Shown here in pieces: positions 9,557 to 18,242 of a DNA stretch of 64,000 nucleotides. Location of the stretch: positions 1-64,000 of the forward strand of contig CBDCTZ010000011.1 of NCBI GenBank assembly GCA_965222375.1, given 5' to 3'. Below the pieces are notes generated by a model. It was not told where the DNA came from. It ran no database searches and saw only the letters and a list, made by a program, of their open reading frames with translations. The translations under genes were made by a program, and so were the position numbers. This stretch comes from Polyangiaceae bacterium. GTDB taxonomy: Bacteria > Myxococcota_A > Polyangia > Polyangiales > Polyangiaceae. The first letter of the stretch is position 1; each line of letters begins with the position of its first letter.

Positions 9557-10681
9557 GTGATGTTCACCCTGTGCTTGCCTTCGGTGATAGTGCGACCGCT
9601 TTGCTTGGCGACTCTGTCGATGCTGCTCGTCAGTTGTGGGGACCTGTTCGGCATCGAAGAGATCGAATACCAGGCGCCTGCTACCGATGGCGGATTCGCG
9701 GATTCGTCCGCGGATGCTTTGGCTGAGGCCAAGTCCGACGCTCCTGCGGCAGTGGTGATCCAAGCACCCGGCTGTACGGCCGCGATGACTTGCGGTAACG
9801 ACGGTGCGAACTGCTGTGAGAGCCGCCTGCTTCCCGGTGGGACCTACCTGCAGGGTTGCGATTGGTCCCCAATCACACCTTGCGTGAAACCCTGGGGGCC
9901 GGAGCACCCTAGCACGGTGGGAGCGTTTTACCTCGACACCTTCGAGGTCACCGTAGCGCGATTTCGGATCTTCATGGAGGAGTACAACCTGTGGCGCAGC
10001 AACGGAAATCCGAAACCCGCCGCAGGAAAACACCCGCGCATCGCGGATAGTGGTTGGCGAGCCGAGTGGGATCAGTATCTGCCAAAAGATAGTGCTGGCA
10101 TTACCTTGCAGGTCTTCTGCACCGACTCGAACGACGACTTCCCGACCTACAACACGTCGGCACAAAGCGATCGCTACCCCATCAACTGCATCAAGTGGCC
10201 CGTCGCATTTGCGTTTTGTGTTTGGAACGATGGGCGTTTGCCGACCGAAGCGGAGTGGGAATTCGCCGCCGCTGGCGGGACGGAGAACCGAAACTACCCC
10301 TGGGGCAATGCCGAGCCGACGCCAGAGTTGGCCAACTACAATCACGACGGGCCTTTTCCCGCTCCCAGCCTGACGGTGACTCACGTTGGCACGCACCCCA
10401 AAGGGATGGGGCGCTGGGGGCATCAGGACCTCGCGGGCAGCGTCGCAGAGTGGCTACTCGATCAGGACAGTGACACCTGGTACGGCACCCCAGCTGGCAA
10501 TCCCTGTAACGACTGCGCCAACCTCGGGACGCCCAAAGACCAGATGGGGCAACGTGGCGGCAATTGGTCCTTCTCCGACTCGGACCTTCTGAGCGCAGCC
10601 CGCGGCGGCAATGCGGGTCTGCACATCGGTGGTCACTACAGTGGGATCCGCTGCGCCCGGGACCCCAAGGGATCAGACTAG
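9557..10681 (+). CDS. FGE-sulfatase (SUMF1) domain lipoprotein
   Basis: Lipobox LVSC-GDLFGIEE; FEVTV, PINCI.W, RLPTEAEWEFAA, DLAGSVAEW, RGG.W, GIRCAR; start uncertain. Confidence 0.92.
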   Translation: MMFTLCLPSVIVRPLCLATLSMLLVSCGDLFGIEEIEYQAPATDGGFADSSADALAEAKSDAPAAVVIQAPGCTAAMTCGNDGANCCESRLLPGGTYLQGCDWSPITPCVKPWGPEHPSTVGAFYLDTFEVTVARFRIFMEEYNLWRSNGNPKPAAGKHPRIADSGWRAEWDQYLPKDSAGITLQVFCTDSNDDFPTYNTSAQSDRYPINCIKWPVAFAFCVWNDGRLPTEAEWEFAAAGGTENRNYPWGNAEPTPELANYNHDGPFPAPSLTVTHVGTHPKGMGRWGHQDLAGSVAEWLLDQDSDTWYGTPAGNPCNDCANLGTPKDQMGQRGGNWSFSDSDLLSAARGGNAGLHIGGHYSGIRCARDPKGSD

Positions 10682-11298
10682 CGGCACCAATGCCCAACGG
10701 ACACCGTGCCGATGAACAGCTCGGTGCAATCCAGGCCGCCGCTGCAGCTGCCACCGGGAGAGCATTTTTCCGTACAGAATTTGTCGCCGAACTCCACGCA
10801 GGTCAGACCCGGGACGCAGGGGTCGGTGCAGGTCACGTAGTCCCCTTCGGCGGGACACTCGCAGGTGTCTCCTAGCTTCAGATTGCCGCCTCCGGAGCCA
10901 CCGCTCCCGGGTTGTCCCGCGCTTCCGCCACCACCCGTACCTCCGCCGCTGAGACATGCTTCCGCCGTAACTGGATCGCAGTTGGCGCCCTCGAGACAAA
11001 GCAACTGAGCCTCGCTCAAAGTCGCGCAGAGTTGGGCGCATTGAGAACTCGGCTGGCCGCAGGCTTGGGCAGCTGCACCGCAACGGTTTTCACAATCCGC
11101 CGCGCTCGCGCCACCTGTCCCTGTCGCCGCCCCGGTTCCGGTGCTGGCGCCCGTTCCCGTGCCCGCACCGTTGCCGCCGGTGCCAGGGCCGGCGCCACTG
11201 CCGCCGGTTCCAGGTCCCGGGTTGCCACTTCCGGACGAGCAGGCAAGTGCTACGCTGCCGACAAACCAAAGAAAGTACCGTTGATATTTCACTTCCAT
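10678..11298 (-). CDS. Cys-rich lipoprotein
   Basis: GAGG RBS, lipobox ALAC, two Cys-rich modules separated by Gly linkers. Confidence 0.75.
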   Translation of the reverse strand: MEVKYQRYFLWFVGSVALACSSGSGNPGPGTGGSGAGPGTGGNGAGTGTGASTGTGAATGTGGASAADCENRCGAAAQACGQPSSQCAQLCATLSEAQLLCLEGANCDPVTAEACLSGGGTGGGGSAGQPGSGGSGGGNLKLGDTCECPAEGDYVTCTDPCVPGLTCVEFGDKFCTEKCSPGGSCSGGLDCTELFIGTVSVGHWCR

Positions 11299-11358
11299 CC
11301 TCCTCGGGCGACACGCTGGAACGCGGCCCTTTCCTAGGAACCTGCCTGGCACCAGAAA

Positions 11359-12861
11359 TTGCGCGACTCGGTTGAAAAAAAGGCGCCCCTCGAAGAGCCG
11401 AACGGCCGCAGAGCTGCACCGAACGGCTCCGAAGCACGCCCAGCGCAGCGCAAGAGCGCGTCCGTGGGTTCCGTCGATGAGGAACTACTGCTGGCCTACC
11501 TGCAGGGACGCCTGGCCGACGACGAGCGCTCGCAGGTGGAGCGAATCATTGACGAACACCCGGACTATCGACGCTTGGCGGCCGCACTCGTGGAGCTATC
11601 CGTGGCCGAGTCCGGCAGTCGCCGTGCTTTGCCCGAGTCGGGGGAAGCATCCGGCACGCGACCAGGGGCCGGGGCCTTCGAGGCCATGGACTTCGCGCCC
11701 GGTACGCTCTTCGCGGGCAAGTACCGCGTTGGAGCAGAGATCGGCATGGGAGCCATGGGCTTGGTGCTGGAGGCGGAGCATCTCCACCTGGGAGAGACGC
11801 GCGCCATCAAGGTGCTCCGCAGCAAAGAGCGAGGTGCCGAATCCGTCGCGCGTTTCGTGCGAGAAGCACGGGCCGCGATGTCCCTCGACAGCGAGCATGT
11901 TGCCCGCGTCTTCGATATGGGCGCCCTCGAAGACGGTCGCCTCTACCTGGTCATGGAGCGATTGCACGGCGAAAACTTGCGGAGCTTCGCCAAGCGGGAA
12001 GGGCCCTTGGATGCCCAACGCGCCGCAAGACTGACGTTGCAGGCGGCTCGCGGGGTGGCCGCTGCCCATCGACGTGGCGTGATTCACCGGGATCTCAAGC
12101 CCGCCAACCTTTTCGTGGTCGATGGCGGAAGCGCCGAGGCGGAGTTCGTGCGAGTGAAGATCCTGGACTTTGGGCTCGCCAAGACCCAACCGAAACCAGA
12201 CGCAGACTCTCGAGAGCACAGCCTGACGACCGAAAGCTCGATCTTGGGCTCACCGATGTACATGTCTCCGGAGCAGATCCGCGACGCCCGGAAAGTCGAT
12301 GCGCGCACGGACCTCTGGTCGGTGGGTGTGATCCTCCATGAGCTCCTGGCTGGCGCGCCACCCTTTCGCGCCAAGACCGTTGGCGGGCTCTTGGCCAGCA
12401 TCGTGGCTGACGACCCCACGCCGTTGCCGGCCGGCGTGCCTCGACCTTTGGCAGCGATTGTCGAGGCTTGCCTACAAAAAGACCCAGCGAAACGGCTTTC
12501 CAGCGCCGGCGAGTTGGCGAGTCGCCTAGAGGCGTTCCTGAGTGGCGAAGAGCCAGTCGCGGCGTCAGCGCGCAGCCCGAGGCGTGGCCCGGCCGTCGCG
12601 ATTGCGCTCGTGGCTGCTGCGGTAGTTCTCGGGGTCTGGTGGAGCACGCGACCCGTGCCCGTTGCACCGCTTCGCGCGGTGGCGGGCAGCGTCGACACGA
12701 GGACCCCCCTCGCGAACGCCGCCGCCAAGGTGCAGCCGACGGTCCCCGCTCGCGAGGAAGAGGCTGCGCCGCCACCGGAGACAGCCCCAGAGCGGAACTC
12801 ACGACCGAAATCGACCGTGCCGCCAAAGCGGCTGGTCCCGACGCCCGGCCCCAGCTGCTGA
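11359..12861 (+). CDS. Membrane Ser/Thr protein kinase with degenerate N-terminal anti-sigma (zf-HC2-like) segment
   Basis: GxGxxG, AIK, HRDLKPAN, DFG, YMSPE, TM helix; N-terminal EELLLAYLQGRL..ER..VE; start uncertain. Confidence 0.93.
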   Translation: MRDSVEKKAPLEEPNGRRAAPNGSEARPAQRKSASVGSVDEELLLAYLQGRLADDERSQVERIIDEHPDYRRLAAALVELSVAESGSRRALPESGEASGTRPGAGAFEAMDFAPGTLFAGKYRVGAEIGMGAMGLVLEAEHLHLGETRAIKVLRSKERGAESVARFVREARAAMSLDSEHVARVFDMGALEDGRLYLVMERLHGENLRSFAKREGPLDAQRAARLTLQAARGVAAAHRRGVIHRDLKPANLFVVDGGSAEAEFVRVKILDFGLAKTQPKPDADSREHSLTTESSILGSPMYMSPEQIRDARKVDARTDLWSVGVILHELLAGAPPFRAKTVGGLLASIVADDPTPLPAGVPRPLAAIVEACLQKDPAKRLSSAGELASRLEAFLSGEEPVAASARSPRRGPAVAIALVAAAVVLGVWWSTRPVPVAPLRAVAGSVDTRTPLANAAAKVQPTVPAREEEAAPPPETAPERNSRPKSTVPPKRLVPTPGPSC

Positions 12862-12915
12862 GCCATCGACCGGGCCAGCTGATCCGCTGCTCGGTCCGGA
12901 AACGGAAACGCGCAA

Positions 12916-13944
12916 ATGAGAGCGACGCTTCTTGCGGCCTGGCTATGCATGGGCTTGCTTCCGGCCTCGGCTTTCGCTCAGGCGGACGAAGCCCCGAGTG
13001 AACCCGCCCCAACAGAGGGCCGGAACCAAGTTGCCGCCGAAGCATTGTTCCAAGAAGCAAAGGCGCTGATCCGCGCAGGTGACCACGCAGCGGCTTGCCC
13101 GAAGCTCGCGGATAGTCACCGCCTCGATCCCGCCGGTGGTACGGTGCTGGCGCTCGCTCTGTGCCAGCAAGAGATACGCAAGTTCGCGAGTGCTTGGGCT
13201 GCGTTTCGGGAAGCCCTCGCGTGGGCGCGACAGGATGACCGTGCCGACCGCGCTAGGATCGCCGAGGCTCGCTCCAAGGAGCTGGAGTCGCGATTGTCGC
13301 GCATTACGGTGACCCTGAGCCCAGCGGTTGCCGAGATCCCTGACGTGGCCGCGTTCCACAACGGAACCGAGTTGAGCGAGAGCACCCTTGGCGTTCCTTT
13401 GCCCGTGGATGGCGGGCGTCACGAAGTTCGTGTGACCGCGCCGGGGTTTCGACAATTCCGACGCGGCATGACCATGGTCGACGAAAAGGGGAGGGCGACC
13501 GTTCATGTGGAGCGCCTCGAGCCGCTGAAGACTCCTGCGCCGGCCACGAAGACTGTGAAAGAACAACCTCCTGTGAGGCCCTTCGCCCCGCCTGAACGCT
13601 CGTCGGGCGTGCCCCTCGCGTTGGGTTACGTTGCCTTGGGTTTGGGCGCCGCAGGTCTGGCGTCTGCGACCTACTTCGGGCTGGCTGCTCGCGGAAACGC
13701 TGACGAAGCGGATCAACTCTGCCCCGCCAGTCCGTGTTCGAGCCAAGACGGCGTAGACAAGAACGAGACGGCGCGTAGCCAGGCAACAGTTGCAGCAGTG
13801 AGTGGCGTCGTGGGTCTAGTGGGGATTGGCGCCGGACTCTGGATCTTGCTCAGCCCTTCCAGGGAAGTGGCCAGGCGACCAGCGGCGGTGAGCCTCACCG
13901 TCGGGCAGACGGGTGTGCGTGGGCACTACCGCGTGAGGTTTTGA
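12916..13944 (+). CDS. Secreted TPR + PEGA domain protein with C-terminal hydrophobic segments
   Basis: Signal peptide, AEALFQEAK..ACPKL..SHRLDP, PVDGGRHEVRVTAPG, ends GHYRVRF. Confidence 0.85.
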   Translation: MRATLLAAWLCMGLLPASAFAQADEAPSEPAPTEGRNQVAAEALFQEAKALIRAGDHAAACPKLADSHRLDPAGGTVLALALCQQEIRKFASAWAAFREALAWARQDDRADRARIAEARSKELESRLSRITVTLSPAVAEIPDVAAFHNGTELSESTLGVPLPVDGGRHEVRVTAPGFRQFRRGMTMVDEKGRATVHVERLEPLKTPAPATKTVKEQPPVRPFAPPERSSGVPLALGYVALGLGAAGLASATYFGLAARGNADEADQLCPASPCSSQDGVDKNETARSQATVAAVSGVVGLVGIGAGLWILLSPSREVARRPAAVSLTVGQTGVRGHYRVRF

Positions 13945-13947
13945 CGC

Positions 13948-14817
13948 GTGGATTCGTTCTTCCAGGCACTAGTCGCGCACTGCGATGTGCTCGGTCTCGA
14001 TGCGGACCTAGAAGCGGACTATGTAGCCCGTTGGCAAGAAGCGCGCGCTGCATGGCCCGCCCTGAGCGTGGGACCGGACGAGTTCGCAAGGTTCGTTGCG
14101 GCTAGACTCATCGCGGTGGATGTCCAGCAGCGCAGCAAGTTGCGCTTCGCCGAGCTGCTCTTGGCTTGCGCATGTCAGCGAGGTGATTCCCACGCCCTCG
14201 TCGAGTTCGAGAGTCGGATTCGGCCTCGCCTGGAGCGGATTGCAGGGCGCTACTTGAGCGGCGAATCCGACGAGTTGATGCAGACTCTGCAAGAGACTCT
14301 GTTCCTCGGTCGTGGCGGGCGTCCGCCCAAAATCGAGCGCTACACAGGTCGCGGTGACTTGGCCAAGTGGGCGGAGGTGGTCGCGGCGCGCCTCGCCCTC
14401 AAGATGCAGAAGTCCGAGCGCGCAGCGGCGACCCACGATGAGCGCGCTCTCGAAGTTGCGGTGCACGAGGACGAGCGAGACCCGGAGCTGCGCTATCTCA
14501 AGGAAGCGTATCGCCCGGCCTTCCGCGAAGCGTTTCAGAGTGCCCTCGCGTCCATGACGCCGAAGGACAGAAACCTGTTGCGCTACCGCTATGTGGATGG
14601 GCTGCAGGGCAATCGCATCGCAGTGCTGCTCGAGGTGCATCCCTCCACGGTAGGGCGCAAATTGGTGGAAGTGGGCCATCGCTTGCGGCAGCGCACCCTC
14701 GAAGAACTCGAACGGCACATGGAGCTATCGCCCAGCGAATCCGAGAGCATCCTGCGCCTTTTGTCGAGTCACCTCGAAGCCAGCGTTGCCCGGCATCTGG
14801 GAGTGTCGGGCGGCTAG
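13948..14817 (+). CDS. ECF RNA polymerase sigma-70 factor, Myxococcales-type
   Basis: ELLLACAC.RGD..AL, YTGRGDL..W, DPEL.YLK..Y, region-4 HTH IAVLLEVHPSTV.R. Confidence 0.85.
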   Translation: MDSFFQALVAHCDVLGLDADLEADYVARWQEARAAWPALSVGPDEFARFVAARLIAVDVQQRSKLRFAELLLACACQRGDSHALVEFESRIRPRLERIAGRYLSGESDELMQTLQETLFLGRGGRPPKIERYTGRGDLAKWAEVVAARLALKMQKSERAAATHDERALEVAVHEDERDPELRYLKEAYRPAFREAFQSALASMTPKDRNLLRYRYVDGLQGNRIAVLLEVHPSTVGRKLVEVGHRLRQRTLEELERHMELSPSESESILRLLSSHLEASVARHLGVSGG

Positions 14818-14827
14818 CCAGCGGGCT

Positions 14828-15691
14828 TCAGCAGCTGGGGCAGCCGTTGCAAGGGCCGGCGGTGCAGTCCGGCGTGATCGAGTAGCCGGCGCACGAGGTT
14901 GCGCAAGCGTTGCTGCCGCAGGTCAGGTGTGTGCCCAGACAAGACTTGTTCCCGCTCTTGCAACCGAGACCGCAGGGGCCCGCGCCGCATTGTATCGTCG
15001 CGTTCAAGCAGGACTCCTCGCCCTCGCACGCTACCTTGCAGGTGTGGTTCGCTGCCGGGCATGTGATGGTCAAGCCGGTGCAGCTGTCTTCAGCCGCGCA
15101 AATGACGGCGCAGGCAAAACCAGGCGGGCACGTCACTGCGGCGTTGGTCTGACAGGTGCCTTTGCCGCACAGGATGGTGCATAGGTTGCCGTCCGTGCAA
15201 CCGCCGGTGCACACGCTCGGGCATACGCCACCCGGTGGCTTGGTGGTGCTGCCGCAGGTGCCTCCGGTCCCGGGTGTCCCACCCGTCGCGACACTGCCTC
15301 CGGTCCCGGGTGTCCCGCCCGTGGCGACACCGCCTCCGGTAGCTGGAGTCCCGCCCGTTGCGGGTGTACCCCCCGAAGCTGGTGTGCCGCCCGTTGCGGA
15401 CGTGCCCCCGCTGCCGGCGGTGCCGCCGGTTGCTGGGGTTCCTCCGGATGCAGCGCCTGCGGTGTTCCCACTTCCGGAGCTTCCGCTCACACCCCCAGTC
15501 GCAGAAGTGCCTCCCGAGCCAGAGCCCGCAAAGCCTCCGGCACTTCCAGCCGCTGCGCCCGCGGCTCCGCCCACCGAAGCGTCGGACTCATCTAGGGTGG
15601 GCTCTTCGATGCCAAGAACCGACTGGCAGGCCAGTGCCACGATGGCTGCAGCGGTAGCGACTAAGCGAGGAACGGGCGTGGAGTGAGGCAA
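14828..15691 (-). CDS. Cys-rich lipoprotein (CQSVLGIEEP family, copy 1)
   Basis: Lipobox ALAC-QSVLGIEEPTLDE, TGGTPA linker repeats, Cys-rich C-terminus; TTG start inferred. Confidence 0.8.
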   Translation of the reverse strand: MPHSTPVPRLVATAAAIVALACQSVLGIEEPTLDESDASVGGAAGAAAGSAGGFAGSGSGGTSATGGVSGSSGSGNTAGAASGGTPATGGTAGSGGTSATGGTPASGGTPATGGTPATGGGVATGGTPGTGGSVATGGTPGTGGTCGSTTKPPGGVCPSVCTGGCTDGNLCTILCGKGTCQTNAAVTCPPGFACAVICAAEDSCTGLTITCPAANHTCKVACEGEESCLNATIQCGAGPCGLGCKSGNKSCLGTHLTCGSNACATSCAGYSITPDCTAGPCNGCPSC

Positions 15692-15897
15692 CCTACCAAG
15701 AGTGTAACCGGTGATGCGTACGAGTGCTACGGCCAAGTCCAAGTGCTCCTGGAGCGGACTCGTTGTTTCTTCGCCTCGGGTAGGAGCGCTCTGTACCAAG
15801 GACTCGCTTTCAGCGGCGGCTCTTGGGGCTGCAACTACAAGCCCACCGGCATCTTGCCCCTTTCAGAGGCGGCCCACCTCGCTAGTCACAGCCCCCG

Positions 15898-16626
15898 CTA
15901 GGGGCACTGCCAACGGGCCTTCGTCCCGTTTTGATTGCACGTGCACTGTGAAGCGCCGTAGATGCACACCACGTCACCAGCTGCATTGCAGTCGCTGCCA
16001 CTCGAAGGCTTCGAGTCCGGGCAGCTCAGGCAGTTCCAACCGCCGTAGTAGGAATTGCACGCGCATGTTCGTGCGCCGTAGCGACACAGGCTCTTGGGCG
16101 AAGAGCAATGGCTCGCGAAACTGGGCTGGGAGGCTGGGCAAACGTTGCACTTCCAGTGGTTGCTGAAACAGGTGCACTGGGCGCTGCCGTACTCGCAGTT
16201 CAGACCCCAAGCGGAGCAGCCGCTCCCATTGGCCGGATGGGTTGATGGGCACTCGTTGGTTGAACCGCCACTCCCTCCGGTCGCCGCGCCTCCAGTGCCG
16301 CCCGTTGCCGGCGCGCCTCCGGTTGCGCCGCTGCCCCCGGTGGCTAGCGTCCCACCCGTCGCGACGCTGCCACCCGTCGCCGGTGCACCACCCGACGCGA
16401 ACCCCGCGGTGTTCCCACTTCCGCCATTGCCGGCCATCCCGGCCGACGCCGATGTGCCCCCAGCACCCGCGCCCCCTCCGGCTGCCGTACCTGCCGCTCC
16501 CCCTCCCGCAGAACCGTCAGATTCGTCCAGGATCGGCTCTTCGATGCCCAGAACCGATTGGCAGGACAGTGCAACGATGGCAGCGGTGGCAGTGCCCAGA
16601 CGACGAAGGAGCGCAGAGTGAGCCAA
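15898..16626 (-). CDS. Cys-rich lipoprotein (CQSVLGIEEP family, copy 2, different C-terminal domain)
   Basis: ALSC-QSVLGIEEPILDE; three CPxxxPxxxSxC..CxYG..CxC..WxC repeats; TTG start inferred. Confidence 0.8.
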   Translation of the reverse strand: MAHSALLRRLGTATAAIVALSCQSVLGIEEPILDESDGSAGGGAAGTAAGGGAGAGGTSASAGMAGNGGSGNTAGFASGGAPATGGSVATGGTLATGGSGATGGAPATGGTGGAATGGSGGSTNECPSTHPANGSGCSAWGLNCEYGSAQCTCFSNHWKCNVCPASQPSFASHCSSPKSLCRYGARTCACNSYYGGWNCLSCPDSKPSSGSDCNAAGDVVCIYGASQCTCNQNGTKARWQCP

Positions 16627-16780
16627 GTTACCATAGAGTGTAACTGGCAAAGCGCGCGAGTGCTACGGCCAAGTCCACGTGCTCCCGGATAGGACTCGTT
16701 GTTTCTTGGCTCCGGGTAGGAGCGTCAACCTACGTCATGCGCGTCGAGCTCACGTTGCGCCAAGCCGGCGAGTCGGCGCC

Positions 16781-17617
16781 CTAGCAGGTCGGGCAGCCAT
16801 TGCAGGGCGCCTTGGTGCAGTCGATGGTCACATTGTTGTCACCGCAAGCGACCGAACAGCTCTCGCTCCCACAAGTCAGCTGCGCGCCCGTACAAGCGCT
16901 GTTTCCGCTGGCGCAACCGAGCGCGCACGGGCCTGAGCCGCACAGCATCGTGGTGCCCCCGCAGGAGCCCGTTCCGCTGCACGCCAGCTTGCAGCCGTAG
17001 GTTGCGGGGCAGCTGACAGTGGCATCCTTGCAACTGTCCTCGCCAGAGCAAACGATGTTGCACGCGAATCCAGCCGGGCATGTGACTAGTGCGCTGTTCT
17101 TACAGGACTCCTTTCCCGCACACAGGATGCTGCAGATATTGCTCGCGCAGCCACCAGTACACACGCTCGGGCAGCTGCCGCCAGGTGCGATGGGCGCTGG
17201 CGTGCAAGTTGTGCCACCGGTGCCACCCGTCGCGCCACCCGTGCCACCCGTCGCACCACCGGTGCCGCCCGTCGCGCCGCCAGCGCCTCCCGTCGCGCCA
17301 CCCGTGCCGCCTGTCGCCGCGGCACCGGCTGTCCCACCCGTTGCGCCCGCGGTGCCTCCTGTCGCTCCGGCGGAACCGCCCGTGGCTGCTCCGCCCGCGC
17401 TGCCGCCGCTTGCGCTGCTTCCCCCTGTACCGCTCGCGCCAGAAGCGCCACCTCCAGCCGTGGCTCCGCTGCCGGCTGAGCCCGCCGATGCACCGCCAGC
17501 CGAGGCGTCACCCTCGTCCAGCTTGGGGTCCTCGATCCCCAGCACGGATTGGCAAGCAAGCAGGCCCACTCCGCTCAGGAGTGCCCAGCAGCGTCGGTTC
17601 AAGAAGTGCAAAGGCAA
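16781..17617 (-). CDS. Cys-rich lipoprotein (CQSVLGIEDP family, copy 3; C-terminus paralogous to copy 1)
   Basis: LLAC-QSVLGIEDPKLDE; PGGSCPSVCTGGC..PCNGCPTC; start TTG 17617 or ATG 17653. Confidence 0.8.
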   Translation of the reverse strand: MPLHFLNRRCWALLSGVGLLACQSVLGIEDPKLDEGDASAGGASAGSAGSGATAGGGASGASGTGGSSASGGSAGGAATGGSAGATGGTAGATGGTAGAAATGGTGGATGGAGGATGGTGGATGGTGGATGGTGGTTCTPAPIAPGGSCPSVCTGGCASNICSILCAGKESCKNSALVTCPAGFACNIVCSGEDSCKDATVSCPATYGCKLACSGTGSCGGTTMLCGSGPCALGCASGNSACTGAQLTCGSESCSVACGDNNVTIDCTKAPCNGCPTC

Positions 17618-17719
17618 CTTGGAAACTCTACCCGCAATTGGCGCCGGTTGCATTGCTTGGACACCGTCGGCGGCGAACCCGTTGTTCTGAGGGGCTGTCC
17701 GGAGCCGGCGCCGCAGTGT

Positions 17720-17770
17720 GGCATGGCTCGAGAGTAGCGGCCCCCGCTGCGGCAGGATCGCGACCCCAAC
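17720..17770 (-). repeat. Dispersed REP-like element, copy F
   Basis: Plus strand GGCATGGCTCGAGAGTAGCGGCC-N18-CGACCCCAAC. Confidence 0.65.
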
Positions 17771-17852
17771 CAATCCCAGGTCACGGGCTGTCCGAGGGGC
17801 AGTCCTGAAGCGCCTTGCCAGACCTAGCGCCCCCAGAGCGACTAGCACCTGC

Positions 17853-17999
17853 TCAAGTTGCCTCGGGGTCGCACCTGGCGGCAGGAGGCGTGTCTTTGCC
17901 CGAATGTTTGGCGTGGGACTTGGCGCTGGGTGCACAGGCTGCGCACAGGATGAGCAGCGCGGCTGAGCCGAGACAGATCGTCGTGGTCGCCCTCAGCAT
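17853..17999 (-). CDS. 48-aa small or truncated lipoprotein (not in ORF track)
   Basis: MLRATTTICLGSAALLILCAAC-APSAKSHAKHSGKDTPPAARCDPEAT*. Confidence 0.4.
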   Translation of the reverse strand: MLRATTTICLGSAALLILCAACAPSAKSHAKHSGKDTPPAARCDPEAT

Positions 18000-18242
18000 G
18001 AGGTTCTGTCGTCGGGCAGTCGTTGTCGGCATTGCGGCTGTCGTTGATTAGCATCGCCTTGCGGTGTGAGGACGTGGGGACTGCGCATTTGACGGGCATC
18101 AAAAGCTCGGGCGGAACCGACGTGGTCGCCCGGGTGTGCCAGCGGTTGGGCCTGGCACACCGGAGCGATCCTGAAGAACTCGGGAATTTTTCCGGCCCCA
18201 GCTCGCCTTGCGGCTGGCCTACGGCTTGCTTACTCCCATGGG

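Noticed and set aside
1..10681. Diversity-generating retroelement targeting the two FGE-sulfatase genes
   Set aside because: No reverse transcriptase and no template repeat differing at adenines in the window; the 3' end of the first gene is outside the window, so not fully excluded.
11346..11362. Sigma54 promoter TGGCAC..TTGC before the kinase
   Set aside because: Spacing is one base too long for -24/-12.
17781..17855. Selenocysteine readthrough of the small lipoprotein TGA
   Set aside because: No recognisable SECIS or redox motif; the downstream peptide is uninformative.
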